Source: Mytilus californianus (taxonomy: Eukaryota). Taken from it: a DNA stretch of 64,000 nucleotides. Made by a program: the position numbers and the translations under genes. The stretch covers positions 27,466,001-27,530,000 of the forward strand of contig NW_026262593.1 in NCBI RefSeq assembly GCF_021869535.1, read 5' to 3'. Of this stretch, positions 1 to 13,365 are shown piece by piece (the stretch's first letter is position 1; each line of letters starts with the position of its first letter). The notes beneath the pieces are model-generated. The model did not search any database and was not told where the DNA came from. It saw only the letters and a list, made by a program, of their open reading frames with translations.

Positions 1-1404
1 AAAGATTGGATTTGCATGACCTATTCCGCTTCACTTTTGTTTGTGAATAGGTCTATAATGGATCAGTGCCATTGGATCTGCTTATTTGATAATGCCACAC
101 CGACTAGTTTTCTTATAACAATATAAAAGCACAACAAAAGAAAACAAATTTCGCTATCCCTTCGAAGTTAGAATTTGATAATGAAGAAATAACATGTTCT
201 TTTTCTATTATACATGTGTAGTTACCATGATTCTAAATTTAGAATTTACTTTCCCCCAAAATTGCGGACGGAATAGAAGACACCTGTGGATAAAGTTGAA
301 AGCTGAGGTTGAGTGACATAGTATCGAATTATTCTGAGATAAATGTTAGAGTGCTCCATTTTGTGTTTCTTCGGTTTTTCAAAAAAATATTGTGGGGTCA
401 TTTCTTGTTTGATTTTAATACCAATAGAAGCAGAATTGTAACTGGTGTATTTTGTTTTGTTATAATTTTGTTACGGATTGGTACCCTCTTCCGTATGTCT
501 AAAAAAAAACAAAAAAAAAACAAAAAAAACAGTGGTCCAGGCTAACTAACGATAGGATACTCAGACTTCTTATTGGAGTAATTCTGATAATTTCTTTGAA
601 GTTTTGAGACAGCACAGGAATATTTGTTTGGATTCGTGATAGACCGCATGAAGTCATTTCTCGTTCGGTGGCCTATTTTTCCTTTCTTGGTAATATATTC
701 TTGTTAAACAAAAAAAAAATGATCTTTGTAGGTAACGTCTGAAATAAATAATGATTGATTTATTGATTTTTGGTGACTAAATGTTTGAAATATAAAAAAA
801 ACAAAATATAAAGACTTGACGATAAGGTCGCCACACTTAAATTGTAATGAACAAACTGCTTTTAACGCAGACCCAACCTATATTGCTTTGTCCGTACAGT
901 CCCAAAATAAAAGTGTTCACCGTCTTATTTCTTTTACTGCATATAGTTAACTAACTTTCTAAATTTATTCCGGTATACATTTTTTCTAATCTTTAAAGGT
1001 ATTCAAAAACATTTTTATTTTAAAGCTTCATGTCCAGCGGCAAATATTACAGTAATAATGCAAATACATACATGTAATAGTTATATGTGATGCTGGAAAA
1101 TTGCTTTAGTCAAATTAAGATTCTAGGTTATATAGTTTTGTTTAAATAAAACAATGATCTGTGTAGGTAACGTCTGAAATTTGCAATGATTGGTTTACTG
1201 TATATTCAGAAATTATTGCGATGTTTTTATTATTGCGAAAAATGCGACAGGGTTATAATCGCAATTATTTAAACTCGCATTTTGAAATTTTTTATAAAAA
1301 TTAAACAGGATTTTTCTGAATATCGCAAAGATAAAAATCGCATTTTAGTCTTAAATGACAAAATCGCAATAATAAATGCACGCAATAATTTCTGAACTTG
1401 CAGT

Positions 1405-1573
1405 ATTGATTTATGGTGTTTAAAGCCACTATCATCACTATTGGTTATTTAATGGCGGCCAGTTTTTATAAGCGGAAGAAGCCGAACTGCCCGACCTAAG
1501 GCATGAAAACTGACAATCCTAATCAATTAAGTTGGTATTGAAAGCACCTTGGTACGTGCGGGGTTCGAAATCT
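1405..1573 (-). mobile_element. Partial tRNA-derived V-SINE-like element
   Basis: Matches the 3' two-thirds of the complete copy at 32521-32775. Confidence 0.7.
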
Positions 1574-2007
1574 GAAATAAGCAATGAAGCGGGCAATTAT
1601 TTTACTACGAAAGAAACTTTTTAAACAGTATACAGTTTTCGGTTGATATATACTTTTGTTTTCCATTATGTAATTGTAGATACACCAAGACTTTTAACAA
1701 AACAAATCGAAAAAAAATAAATGGTAACATCGGCCAAGTGAATAGAAAAAAGACGAAATTGTCTAATTTTCAAAAATTACATTTTTGGTCGCTCATAATC
1801 GGCTGTCTAGAAATATAGTTCCTGTCATTTTTATGTATGTAAACTACAGTTGCTATGTCTTTTCGTACAAAATCTATGGCTTCAAATTATTAGTTATGTT
1901 ATTTCTTTTGTAGTAAAGTGTATCATCATTTTATTTCATTTGAACATTTCCAAATGGCATTGTGGGACTATGAGTCAAAGTTGTATGAAGGGCAACTCTG
2001 TCTATTT

Positions 2008-2237
2008 AAATAAAGACAACAGTAGTATATCGGTGTTCAAAAGTCATAAATCGATTGAGAGGAAACAAATTCCGGTTACAAACTAAAACCGAGGGGAACA
2101 CATCAACTATAAGAGGAAAATAAAGGAACAACAGGAACACTGGTCAAAGTGCAACAAAAACAAACGCCATCATACATAGAAACGAACTATTTGATAACAA
2201 CTGCCATATTCCTGACTTGGTACCAGGACATTTTAAA
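2008..2237 (+). mobile_element. High-copy non-autonomous repeat, family A (AAATAAAGGCAACAGTAGTATACCGCTG... type)
   Basis: Reverse-complement matches at 5790-6035 and 24400-24616. Confidence 0.75.
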
Positions 2238-3544
2238 CAGCGAAATAGAAAATCGTAGCTTTAAAAGGGCAACTTTTCCCATGTGTCTTAATGACTTTAT
2301 TTCATGTCTAAGCAGTTTAGAATAAGTAAACACATACGTTTATGTCAAGATGTGCTGCAGCTTTTCAACTTTTGTTTTATTTAGTAACTGTATAAATCAA
2401 ATGTGTGTACGTAAAAAAATGTCTTCACTGGGAACTCTAGAGCTGAAACCAAAAGACTTCAGTTTAGCAGGGACGTTACTCTGTAGTACATTTGTGTCAT
2501 TTTTGCACATAGGATCCCTACAGAGATGGTCAACGTAGAAAAGTTTTGCCTCCCAAGATCAGGTCTACTTAGGTACCGAATGATGCAGTCAAATAGTGAC
2601 TGCGTAATACATTCCCAGAAATTTCGCAATCTTTATACACAAAACACACCCTTTTCTATCAACAATACATATTTTGTATTTAAAGGTGTCGACTTAACGT
2701 CAGAAAACGAATTTACTGAACTTTAAAAAGTTTATCTTAATATGAAGACTTGAACATAAGGTCGCCACACTTAAATTGTGGTGGACAAACCGACCTTTTA
2801 ACGCAGGTTCAACCATGTTGCTTCATCCGTACAATCCACTAAATTTTCTCCGTCTTACTTCTTTTACTACATATTGTTCATTCTAAATTTATTCCGGTAT
2901 AAATTTTTCCTAATCTTTGAAGGTATTCAAAACATTTTTATTCTAAAGCTGCTTCATGCAATTATTTTACTACGAAAGAAACTTTTTACACAGTATACAG
3001 TTTTCGGTTGATATATACTTTTGTTTTCCATTATGTAATTGTAGATATACCAAGGTGTTTAACAAAACAAATCGAAAAAAATTAATGGTAACATCTGCCA
3101 GGTGAATAGAAAAAGACGAAATGGTATAATTTTCAAAAATTACAGTTTTGGTCGCTCGCAATCGGTTGTCTAGAAATATAGTTCCTGTCATTTTTATGTA
3201 TGTAAACTACAATTACTGTGTCTTTTCGTACACAATCTATGGCTTCAAATTATTAGTTATGTTATTTCTTTTAAAGTAAAGTTTATCATCAGTTTATTTT
3301 ATTTGAACATTTCTAAATGGCATGTGGGACTATGTGTCAATGTTGTATGAAGGGCAACTCTGTCTATTTAAAGTTAGAAAACGAACTTAATTGTTTAACA
3401 TCTCACAGCAGTATACTACTGTTGCCTTTATTTATTCACCCCTTATTCTATTGCTTTTGTATTTGCATTGTATCATAGATCGAATTTATTCGTTCAGTGT
3501 ATGTTCACTTGTGTTAATATGTCTTTTGATTGAGTTAAGCCATT

Positions 3545-3912
3545 TCAATTGATATTTAATAGCGTGTCTTTCTACGTTTTGATATTATTGTTTCGGATAA
3601 AGGTGAAGGTTGGTACCTATTAAAACGTTTAAACCCGCTGCATTTGTTTGCACCTGTCCTAAAGTAGGAATCTGATGTTCAGTAATTGTCGTTTGTTGAT
3701 GTGGTTCATAAGTGTTTCTCGTTTCTCGTTTTTTATATAGATTAGACCATTGGTTTTCCCGTTTGAATGGTTTTACACTAGTCATTTTTGTGGCCCTTTA
3801 TTGCTTGTTCGGTGTGAGCCAAGGCTCCGTGTTGAAGACCATACTTTGATCTATAATGGTTTACTTTTATAAATTGTGACTTGGATGGAGAGTTGTCTCA
3901 TTGGCACTCATA
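3545..3912 (-). mobile_element. High-copy non-autonomous repeat, family C (GATGTGGTATGAGTGCCAATGAGACAACTCTCC... type)
   Basis: Near-identical to the + copy at 34040-34260 and the - copies at 53763-53895 and 58745-59040. Confidence 0.8.
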
Positions 3913-4274
3913 CCACATCTTTTTATATCTATTTACATAAAAATTAAAACGTTAAGAAGACATGAAAAAAAGGTCCCCTCTCTTAAAATTGCGATGGACA
4001 CACTGAACGTTTAACGCATTCTCAAACTATATTGCTTTATATTTTGTTTTTATTACAAATAGTTAACTAACAAATTTATCTATTCTTCAAGGTATTCAAA
4101 TCATTTTAATTTTATAAGCTGCTTCATGTGAAGCGGCAAATATTACAATAAGAATGCAAATAAATAGTTATGTGATACGGAAAAATTGTTTTAGACAAAT
4201 AAGAATTCCAGATAATAGATTCTTGTTTAACAAAACAATGATATGTGTAGTAAACGTCTAAAATAAACAATGAC

Positions 4275-4460
4275 TGATTTAGTGGTTTTTGGTGTCTAAC
4301 GCCACTTTCATCGCTATTGGCTATTTCATAGCCGTCAATTTTTATTATTGGAGGAAGCCGGAGTGTCCGGAGAGAATCATCCGACTTTAGGCACGAAAAC
4401 TGGCAATCCTAGTCAATTAAAATTGGAGTCGAAAGCACCTGCCACGTGCGGGGTTCAAAA
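4275..4460 (-). mobile_element. Partial V-SINE-like element
   Basis: Homologous to 32521-32700 and 1405-1573. Confidence 0.7.
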
Positions 4461-4672
4461 TCTGAAATAAGCAATGAAGGAAAAGTTTACTTACGAAAGA
4501 CACGTTTTATCAAAGTATACAGTTTTCGTTTTATATAAAGTTTTCCCACTATGTAAATTGATGATACCAAGACGTAAACAAAAATCGAAAAAAAAATAAA
4601 TGGTAGCATCAGTCAAGTGTATAGTTCATTCATACATATCTTTTCTCGCTGTGATGATGGATCATTGATCAT

Positions 4673-4810
4673 TGCCTGTACCAAGTCAGGAATATAACAG
4701 TTGTTGTCCATTCGTTTGATGTGTTTGTGCTTTTGATTCTGTCATTTGATTAGGAACTTTCTGTTTTGAATTTTCCTCGGAGTTCAGTATTTTTGTGTTT
4801 AACTTTTCAT
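4673..4810 (+). mobile_element. High-copy repeat, family B (CCTGTACCAAGTCAGGAATATGACAGTTG... type)
   Basis: Same sequence recurs at about 36590, 40300, 51105 and on the - strand at about 62870-63010. Confidence 0.75.
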
Positions 4811-5414
4811 TGATGGGAAATACCATCTGTTCTTATCGTCAAACGTGCATATGTCTTTTGACGGTACCTTTCTATCCCAAATTCATGTATTTAATTTTGA
4901 TGTTATATTTGTTATTCTCGTCGGATTTTGTCAAATGTCTTAACGTCTTTTCTGTTATATTCGTGTGTTATGGAAAAGATAATTAATCACCCCCTTCATT
5001 TATTAGATTTTAGTTTGGTTCAACGAAATTTATACGATATATTTGGTTTACAGTTCGATTCTGACGAAACACCGACATAGCTAGATAATACAATTAATTA
5101 TCTAATTACTACCACAATTTGATATTAATAAGTATTGTAATTTTCATTGTTATTAATAAATGTAATGTCAGTATTACAAATCTAATCTTGAATCAATCCT
5201 AATCCTATCTTATTTCTGGGAAATATTTTTACAAATTCAAATGTGACGTCACTTTGTGTGTTTTTTTAGAATTTCAAATGTGACGTCACTTTGTGCGTTG
5301 ATGCTTTGGATAACTCGGCTGTGTATTTGTATATGTTGGATTAAGTTGTTTTATGTAATGTATCCGTTTTTATTCTGTAGTTAGTCCCCACTTCGGTTTT
5401 ATCATGTATATCTA

Positions 5415-6035
5415 TTATATAGTCATTTTATAAAATTTACTCTTTGCAAAATTATAAATTATTCTAAATAATAAGAATGTTCTTGTCCCAGGCAGAAAAC
5501 CCTGACCGTGTTAGGCGCAACATTTTAGAAGATTTGGTCCTCGGTGCTCTTCGGCTTTGTACTTGTTTTGGCTTTCAAGCTTTTTTCATCTGAGTGTCAC
5601 TGGATAGTCTTGTGTGAACGAGACGCACGTCTGGCGTATTGAATTTTAAGCCTAGTACCTTTTGTTAGCTATTATTCGTGTGTTTCTTTGTCCTATATGT
5701 TCTCCTATTTATTTGTATTGTGGTCCTGTCATGTGATGTTGTCGTTTTGGTATTGTGTTTGACGTTGCCATTAAAGCGGGAGGTTTGGCATGCCACAAAA
5801 CCAGGTTCAACCCACCATTTTTTTCTTAAAATGTCCTGTACCAAGTCAGGAAATGGCCATTGTTATATTATAGTTCGTTTCTGTGTGTGTTACATTTTAA
5901 TGCTGTATTTTGTTGTGTCGTTGTTCTCCTCTTATATTTGATGCGTTTCGCTCAGTTTTAGTTTGTAACCCGGATTTGTTTTTATCTCTATCGATTTATG
6001 AGTTTCGAACAGCGGTATACTACTGTTGCCTTTAT
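5415..6035 (+). mobile_element. Composite repeat: retrozyme-like unit with degenerate hammerhead (5594-5637) joined to a family A element
   Basis: GTGTCACTGGATAGTCTTGTGTGAACGAGACGCACGTCTGGCGT aligns with the hammerhead motif at 45862 and 61104; the downstream part matches 24270-24616. Confidence 0.7.
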
Positions 6036-7265
6036 TTTAATATTTTTGTCGCTAGGTTGCTGTTTCATTCACGTTTTTCCCAAATTTTCTTTAATTATAA
6101 TTGTTATTTGTTTTGTTTTTTTAAATACCAAGTCGGTGAATAGCTCTACAATGTTCAATGACATGTTTACTATGATTTTTTTTATTTATCTTGTCTGAAA
6201 AGTATTCTGACGACACGACGTAACCTTATGACCTTACTTAAAGCGTTTATTTTTATTGATATCGTGATCTGTTATGAAATGAATGATTTCAGAAAGGTCT
6301 CGCAGACAATTTTACCCATTTGTTAATGTTTCTAATAATATTCAGAGAACACAGCACTTTTTGCAACCTGAGCAAATATACATTTTTGTATGCTTTCCGT
6401 TGTAGGCTTTTTTTGAATGGATTGTAAGGATAGGAAGCTAAATCACAAGTCGGAGAAGTACGTATTCTAAAAAACTATACAAAAATGCATTTCTTAATAT
6501 AAAAGAAAAAAAAATAACAACTTGACACATTAAATAAAATGCAAAATTATCAGCAAGAACAGTAAGACAAAAATGGGAACCTATCCTCAACCCCCATCTT
6601 CCCAAAACACTACAACAAAATCAAAAACCACGAATCTGATTAAAAAACCAGTGTTCACCTAAATGATGAAGGATACGCACTCTTCCTGCAATTAAGGACA
6701 GAACATACTTCGGAGTTTACTGTCTGAGTGAGTGATTGAACTTGTCGTCATGTGAATCTTATAATGATGTATGTCCAATTTGGTAATAGGGAGATAGACC
6801 ATTGTACTTGGATCTCAAATATATAGCTATCTCCATGTTTATCACTATAAGATTCACAGGACTATGTGTATCTAGATAATTCCACATCTCCTTTGGTCAG
6901 CCGTTAGTCTGTAATTGAGACAGCAACATAATTATCAATAAAAACAAATATGAGTAAAAATATGAAAACAGCAAGAGAATGTCTTTATTTGTACAAAATA
7001 ACAATAAACTGATTTAGCAATCGCTATAAATGATTGTAAACAGTGATTGAACCAGTTTCAGATCTGTGATTATCAGTTTCCCATACAAGGTTGACAAGAA
7101 ATTTACCTTGTAACGTATGCATAGAAAAAAGTGTAAAGTTTTTACATTTTAGACGGTATTTCTAGCGTTTTATTATTTTTAGGTTAGCTGCAACATTTTT
7201 TTCACGTAATCAATAAATAGTGCAACACTGTCATATAATTACATCAATTGATATATCACAATATA

Positions 7266-8340
7266 CATTGTATTAAACAGTGGTTTATTCATTTACTCCG
7301 TATGTTCATATTAGTAGGCGCTTGTAGTGAACATACGTGTTTTGAAAGAAATATCTTCCCGTTGATTTAGGTGAAATTCAAAACGGAACTCCCTTGTAAA
7401 GCCGTAATATCATTATGCCAACTAAAACGTTATTTCATTAAAGATAACTGTTTTTCCATGTTTTAATATGGCTTCATAGGTTTCATTCCTTAATATCAGA
7501 GTTACAAAGGCTTTTACAGTGTTTTATCGAACAATTTCATGATCTTATTTGGTGATTTTTTTTAACATTAGTGTAACTTTGATTAGGTTATATCCTATTT
7601 ATGTAAATGTTTTCTTTCGTGTGCATGTAGACACGATAATGAAAATCAAATATTGACAGTTGCATCCTTTTTCGAAGATTTCAAAGATATGTGTTATCAT
7701 TGATGTGCTGCATGTAAATCGCACTCAAAACAACATTTGCATAATATTCCCATTTGGCTTTATAGTTTCGCCGTCTTTCAGACATAATAAATATAATAGT
7801 ATAAACTTTCTATATACATTGTGTTACACAGTGGTTTGTGCATTAACTCCGTATGTTCAATCAAATGAAAATATTATTCGGCACTTGCTGTAAATATATG
7901 TGTTTTAAAAGAAATATCTTGCCGTTGATGTAGGTGAAATTCAAAACGTAACTTCCGTGTTAAGCCGTTAAATTATCATGCCAACTAAAACGTTATTTCA
8001 TTTCATTTAACTGTTTTTCCATGTTTTAATATGGCTTCATAAGTTTAATTCCTTAATATCAGAATAACAAAGGCTTTTACAGTGTTTTATCAAACAATTT
8101 TCATGACCTTATTTTGTGAATTTTTTAACATTAGTGTAACTTTGATTAGGTTATATCCTCTTTATGTAAATGTTTTCTTTCGTGTTCATGCAGACACGAT
8201 ATTGAATATTAAATATTGACAGTTGTATCCTTTTTCGGAGATTTCAAAGACATGTATTAACATAGATGTGCTGTGTGTAAATCGCACTTAAAATAACGTT
8301 TGCATAATATTCACATGTGGCGCTATAATTTCGCCGTCTT
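7266..8340 (+). repeat. Direct tandem duplication, two units of about 550 bp
   Basis: ATTGT.TTA.ACAGTGGTTT at about 7266 and 7818; long near-identical blocks such as ATGCCAACTAAAACGTTATTTCATT and AACATTAGTGTAACTTTGATTAGGTTATATCCT in both units. Confidence 0.9.
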
Positions 8341-9729
8341 TTCAAATAGATAAGTCAGTTTGATTTTGGTTAAAACTTTAAACACAAAAGGAATCGAAAA
8401 ATCCAATGCACTCTTTAGCACTGCTATCTATTGAACACAGCCTCTTTATATATGTTCTTGTTCTGTTTGTAGGTTAATACATGATCACAAGGTATGCACT
8501 GAAAGTCTAATCAATTTTTGGGGATCTCAAGGAATAGACTATATCGACAGCTTCGTTGTGTAAAAGGCACACTTTAACTGAAACATGGAAGTGATTATTA
8601 CAGCCATCATGTGGTTCTTATATCAACAAAAGATTATTCAAGCTTGTAAATTATGGTTGTGTTATTGATAAACAAAAAGTTTAATATAATCTTGTAGCCT
8701 TGGTACAGAAAGTTCACTTACTATGTCACAATGATATCATACACATGTCGAAATTGATATATTGCACATACAAAAGGCACCTTAACACAATTAATATCTA
8801 CATTAAAATCTTTGTAAGAAATCATCTTTAGCAAACTATGTTTTTTTAATAAAGCATTGGCTAATATATACATATGTATGACAGTATCATCAAAATGAAA
8901 CTACTTTTGTAGTTTTTACATGCAGTGTTGCACTTAATCCAAGCAGTTTGAAGTTCAAATGCAAATATGTCAGAAAAAAATCAAAACTTGAAATGATATC
9001 TGACAGATTAATGTCGTATGAACTCTGCAGGATGTTATTTGATAGATTTGTAATACTTTCGATTTCAAGTGTGAAAACAATGGCCTTCTCATGCGTTCTC
9101 CTTTGTATAATATTTCTAATTTTCACAATCATTGTTGGTAACCTACGTGAACTTGCCGAATAGGATTACACAACGATGAAATAATTAGAAAAAAAAAACC
9201 TTAAAAATACTCACTGATATGTATTTAAAAAAAATAGGTTTGTCAGTAGGACAAGAGTGCCCAAACCTGTAGTTTAATTGTTTAATATATATTTCTGGGA
9301 ATTCTTGGAAATATGTTAGATGTACCAGGGTTACGCACTTGCAAGACTGAGCTCATTAATCTAAGGAATGATGGCATTATGACAAAACAAAAACAAAGTA
9401 TTATTTAATTGATAAATGGGAAGAGCCGAACAATCAGAGCGACCAATATTGATCATCAAATAGAATTATAAACCTACAATTTACTTTTAAAGCGGTTAAC
9501 CGGAATGAAAATCAAATTCGACCTGTAACTGTAAAAATGTACATTCCACATCTTCTTTTTACATACGCTAATGTATCCAAAATTAAATAGTGATTTGCTA
9601 CATTACACAAAAATTGTAGGAACAAAAGTGGATCAGGCAACGTTACATGATACGATATGCAAACGTGATCTGTAATTCATCATTATCCAATTATGTTCGA
9701 CAAATAAGATCAGTAACTGTAGGCTGAAT

Positions 9730-10220
9730 GAAAAATGGTCTAATTGAAGTCATCCCCTTCGAAATTTCACGGACGCCATCACGAGTTGGTTGACTGTTAA
9801 TGACTGTCTGTTTCATGGATGCAACGGATACGTTCCTATTGTTGTAACCATTATCCCGTCATCTTTTCCTCTTTTGTGTCATCACCGAATTAGATTTATC
9901 CCCGCGTTGTGCTTACATGATCATGAGCAACACGATAGGGGTCACATGTGGAGCAGGTACCGCTTACCTTTCCGGAGCACCTACGATCACCACCGGTGTT
10001 TAGTGGGTTCGTATTGTTCAGTCTTTTAATGCCATGACATTGTCAGTTTGTCATCCACTAAAGACTGAACAACACGAACCCTGCTAAAACTGGGGTGATC
10101 TCAAGTACTCCGGAATGGTAAGTAGATTCTGCTCCACATGTGGCACCCGCCTTGTTGCTTATTTGATTACAAAACCGGTGATAAGTCTTATTTGGTAGGT
10201 CAGATTCGGGGAATAGATCT
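9730..10220. mobile_element. Two PLE 3' fragments in inverted orientation (+ 9730-10050; - 10060-10220)
   Basis: First encodes decayed LKSSLRKFHGRHHELVD followed by the conserved tail; second is the reverse complement of the tail. Confidence 0.75.
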
Positions 10221-11059
10221 ACTTAAACGTGATATTGATAATGATTTTTATATTTAAAAGTCTTAAAACGCTCCGCTGCTAGAGGTGAATGAGTTGTTTA
10301 GACGGGAATATGATATTAAATGGGGAATATGATGGACAGAGGGGATAATGATGTTTTGTTCAAGGTCATGTGGGATAGTTCCAACCGATGAGATATTTAT
10401 CTAGCTATTAATACTTACATATTACAGTTGATTGTAAATAGAAGTTACAGAACCAAAGTTTGTGTCAATCAAAATAATACAGATTGTTTTATTTGTATAT
10501 TCAAATGTTAAGAATGTAAAAAATGTCAATTATAAAACTAATCTGAACACGCCAAATTTCTATGATTCATTTCCAAGCTTTAAACTGCAAACATGTCGAA
10601 AATATAATGATGTTTCGTAGAAATTCTTTAAAAAGAGTGTTTTTGAATTAAAAAATAAAGAATCCAAGAATCCAGTATCAAAAAATATTGAACGAGTGAC
10701 CGACAAACACATTCATTCACCATTATGCGTAGCCCATAAACTAATAAACAATGTTGGTCGGTCACGAGTTGAATATATTTCGACATTTGAATCCTTAGCT
10801 TAGCTATTTTTCTCATTACATTGTGCATAATTAGATAAGAAAATGCTTGGAACTTATCTTTTTATACACATTCTTAATCCTTTTTGATGCAACGTCATCG
10901 AAACAATGTCTTGACAACTATCATTGTTTTATGACGACAAAGGAGTGTAATTATCGAATTGGCACCCGTCGTGTTGCTCATGTAAGAATAAAACCCGGTG
11001 ATAAGTCTAATTTAGAAGGAGGACGGCATTGTGGTAACGAAAATTGAAATATATTTGTC

Positions 11060-11245
11060 GGCATCTGTAAAACAGATATTCCATAACGATCAACCAACTC
11101 GTAATGTTGTCCGTAAAATTTTCGAAGGGATGATTCTAACCTCACCCGTTGGAACACTTGTTGTAGTAGTTTCCTTTTGGTGTAGTAGCTTCCTTGTGAG
11201 CAGCAAGGAAATCATGATCGGATATGCAAGCTCTGGAATATTGTA
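11060..11245 (-). mobile_element. PLE C-terminal coding fragment
   Basis: Minus strand reads YSRACISDHDF...LLTRKLL...RVRLESSLRKFYGQHYELVDRYGISV, homologous to 50170-50345. Confidence 0.75.
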
Positions 11246-11514
11246 ACAATATTTTTTTCTTTAGATAAGTGTCAATGTTCAGTATAGTTTAAAAAAAAAC
11301 CCAAACAAACAAAAAAAAAAAAAAAAAAAAAAACAATAACGACTTAATGTGACGTCCTAAAATATAACTTTAATGTTGACCAGGCAACGGTAGACTGTCC
11401 AGGATCTTAATGAAACAAAAACAACTATAGAATAAAATATTTGATCGATTTTTTATCTCAGGATTTATTTACCGAAATCTGCAGGTATGAAATTTAAGCA
11501 CCATTATCAGTTAA

Positions 11515-11720
11515 GATAAAAGAGGGACGAAAGATACCAGAGGGACAGTCAAACTCATAGATCGAAAACAAACTGACAACGCCATGGCCAAAAATAAAAA
11601 GACAAACAGACAAATAATAGTACAGATGACACAACATAGAAAACTAAAGACTAAGCAACACGAACCCCACCAAAAACTTGGGGTGATCTCAGGTGCTCCG
11701 GAAGGGTAAGCAGATCCATA
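11515..11720 (-). mobile_element. PLE-derived non-autonomous 3' tail
   Basis: Reverse complement of GGATCTGCTTACCCTTCCGGAGCACCTGAGATCACCCC...GGTGGGGTTCGTGTTGCT plus the T-rich tail. Confidence 0.8.
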
Positions 11721-13365
11721 ACTTATGTATCTGTACTATTTATAGTGTTTTCTTTTTCCCCACATAATACCTTTTATTTTTTAATTGACTATGTTTAAAC
11801 AAACATGATATATTTATGTGCTAACATGTTCCATCTATTTTCAAAGCATATGAACATAATTGAGCACATGTAATTATGTACACTTTGTCGTTAAACCTCT
11901 CTTATTGAATACAATAAGACAACCCCACAATGTTCTTCTTCTCCTAAATACTGCCAACATTCAACATGATGAATATTCTGGTAAGTTGCGCATGGTACTG
12001 TTTGGGTACTGAATGACATAGTGACCACCTTAAACGTTTTGTCTCAAAGTCCATCAAAATAAGAAATGTAATGTTCATATCAACACAAAAGACACTGCAT
12101 GGCATTGCACATGTTTTGTAAGAAAACAATCTTCAAATTATATACAACACGTTCAATATACTTTAAATAAATGAAATACCCGTGCACACTCATTCCGCAT
12201 ACCGCACATAAATCAATTCATTCTCATAAAAATTGAAAAACTAGTTTTTACGTATAAAAAATATCCTACATATTCGTTTTATGGTCATGAGAATTTACGT
12301 TTATAAAGATTCGATTTAAAATTTCGGTAATTGTGGAATATTTATAGGATGAAAATACATCAGGGATATTCAAACTCACAAGTAGACAATAAACAGACAA
12401 TGCAATGATGGCAAAAAAGGAAAAACGACCAAAAGACAAACAACAGTCTACAAAACACAAAGAAAACTTGAGACTTAACAGATGCGTTTATCGATAATAA
12501 ATGTCTCTTCAGAAATGGTCGAAGCCCAAATATTTGAAATTCCGAAACCTAAAACAAACGTTTTATTAGTTTTCTTAAATGATTGTTTCACATTTGTCAT
12601 TTTGGGCCTTTTATAGCCGACTATACGGTATGGGTTTTTCTCATTGTTAGAGTCCTTACAGCTGCCTATAATTGTTTACACCCACTTCATTTTAACTTTG
12701 GTGGATAGTTGTCTCATCGACAATCATACCACATCACCTATTTAAGCTAGGTAACCTCATGTTTCAATATGTAATCATTTTCCGTAAAGATGATCTAATA
12801 CTAACCGACAATTGATATGTCAGTAGGACACGAATGTCTGCAACTGAATACAATTCAAAACAACTTTTCTAAGTTTATTGCCTTATTTTTTATAATAACT
12901 ATTTTTATACTTTTAATACTATTTTAAAGAATTTTATAAATCTTCTTTTAAATTACACAATCCTCAGTGAGAACGTGACAAGCCTCAACGAGTTCAATGG
13001 GAAAGGAATACAATTTCTGATGATACTATCCCGATTGGTATATTTTATCTGTACATTTTATATTATTACCGTTCAGATCCAAATGTGAACATTATTGCTA
13101 TCATGTAGATAAGCATCTTGAATTCTTAATGAATTTCGTTTGTATCAAATATATTCAAATTTGCTGAATTTCATTTTAAATGCAAAAACACATAGCTGTG
13201 AAAAATCTCATTAAAAGCGAAACGTTCAAGTTATTTATAACTCAAAACAAAGCTTTGAAAAAATTCAAATACGGGTCAAGAACGTTGTATGTAAATTTAA
13301 TGTTAAAATTATATAACTATTCGGTAAGTAAAGCATGACTGATTGCGGTTAATGTGTGTTGCAGG

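Larger units (their letters stand above)
705..4620 (+). repeat. Local diverged segmental repeat, about three copies (approx. 780-2010, 2700-3370, 3950-4620) plus a short partial copy at 705-780
   Basis: Shared blocks such as ATAAGGTCGCCACACTTAAATTG (about 822 and 2757) and TACTACGAAAGAAACTTTTT..CAGTATACAGTTTTCGGTTG (about 1603, 2969, diverged at 4490). Confidence 0.8.

Noticed and set aside
6620-6920. Decayed coding exon on the minus strand
   Set aside because: Multiple stops and no recognisable family motif.
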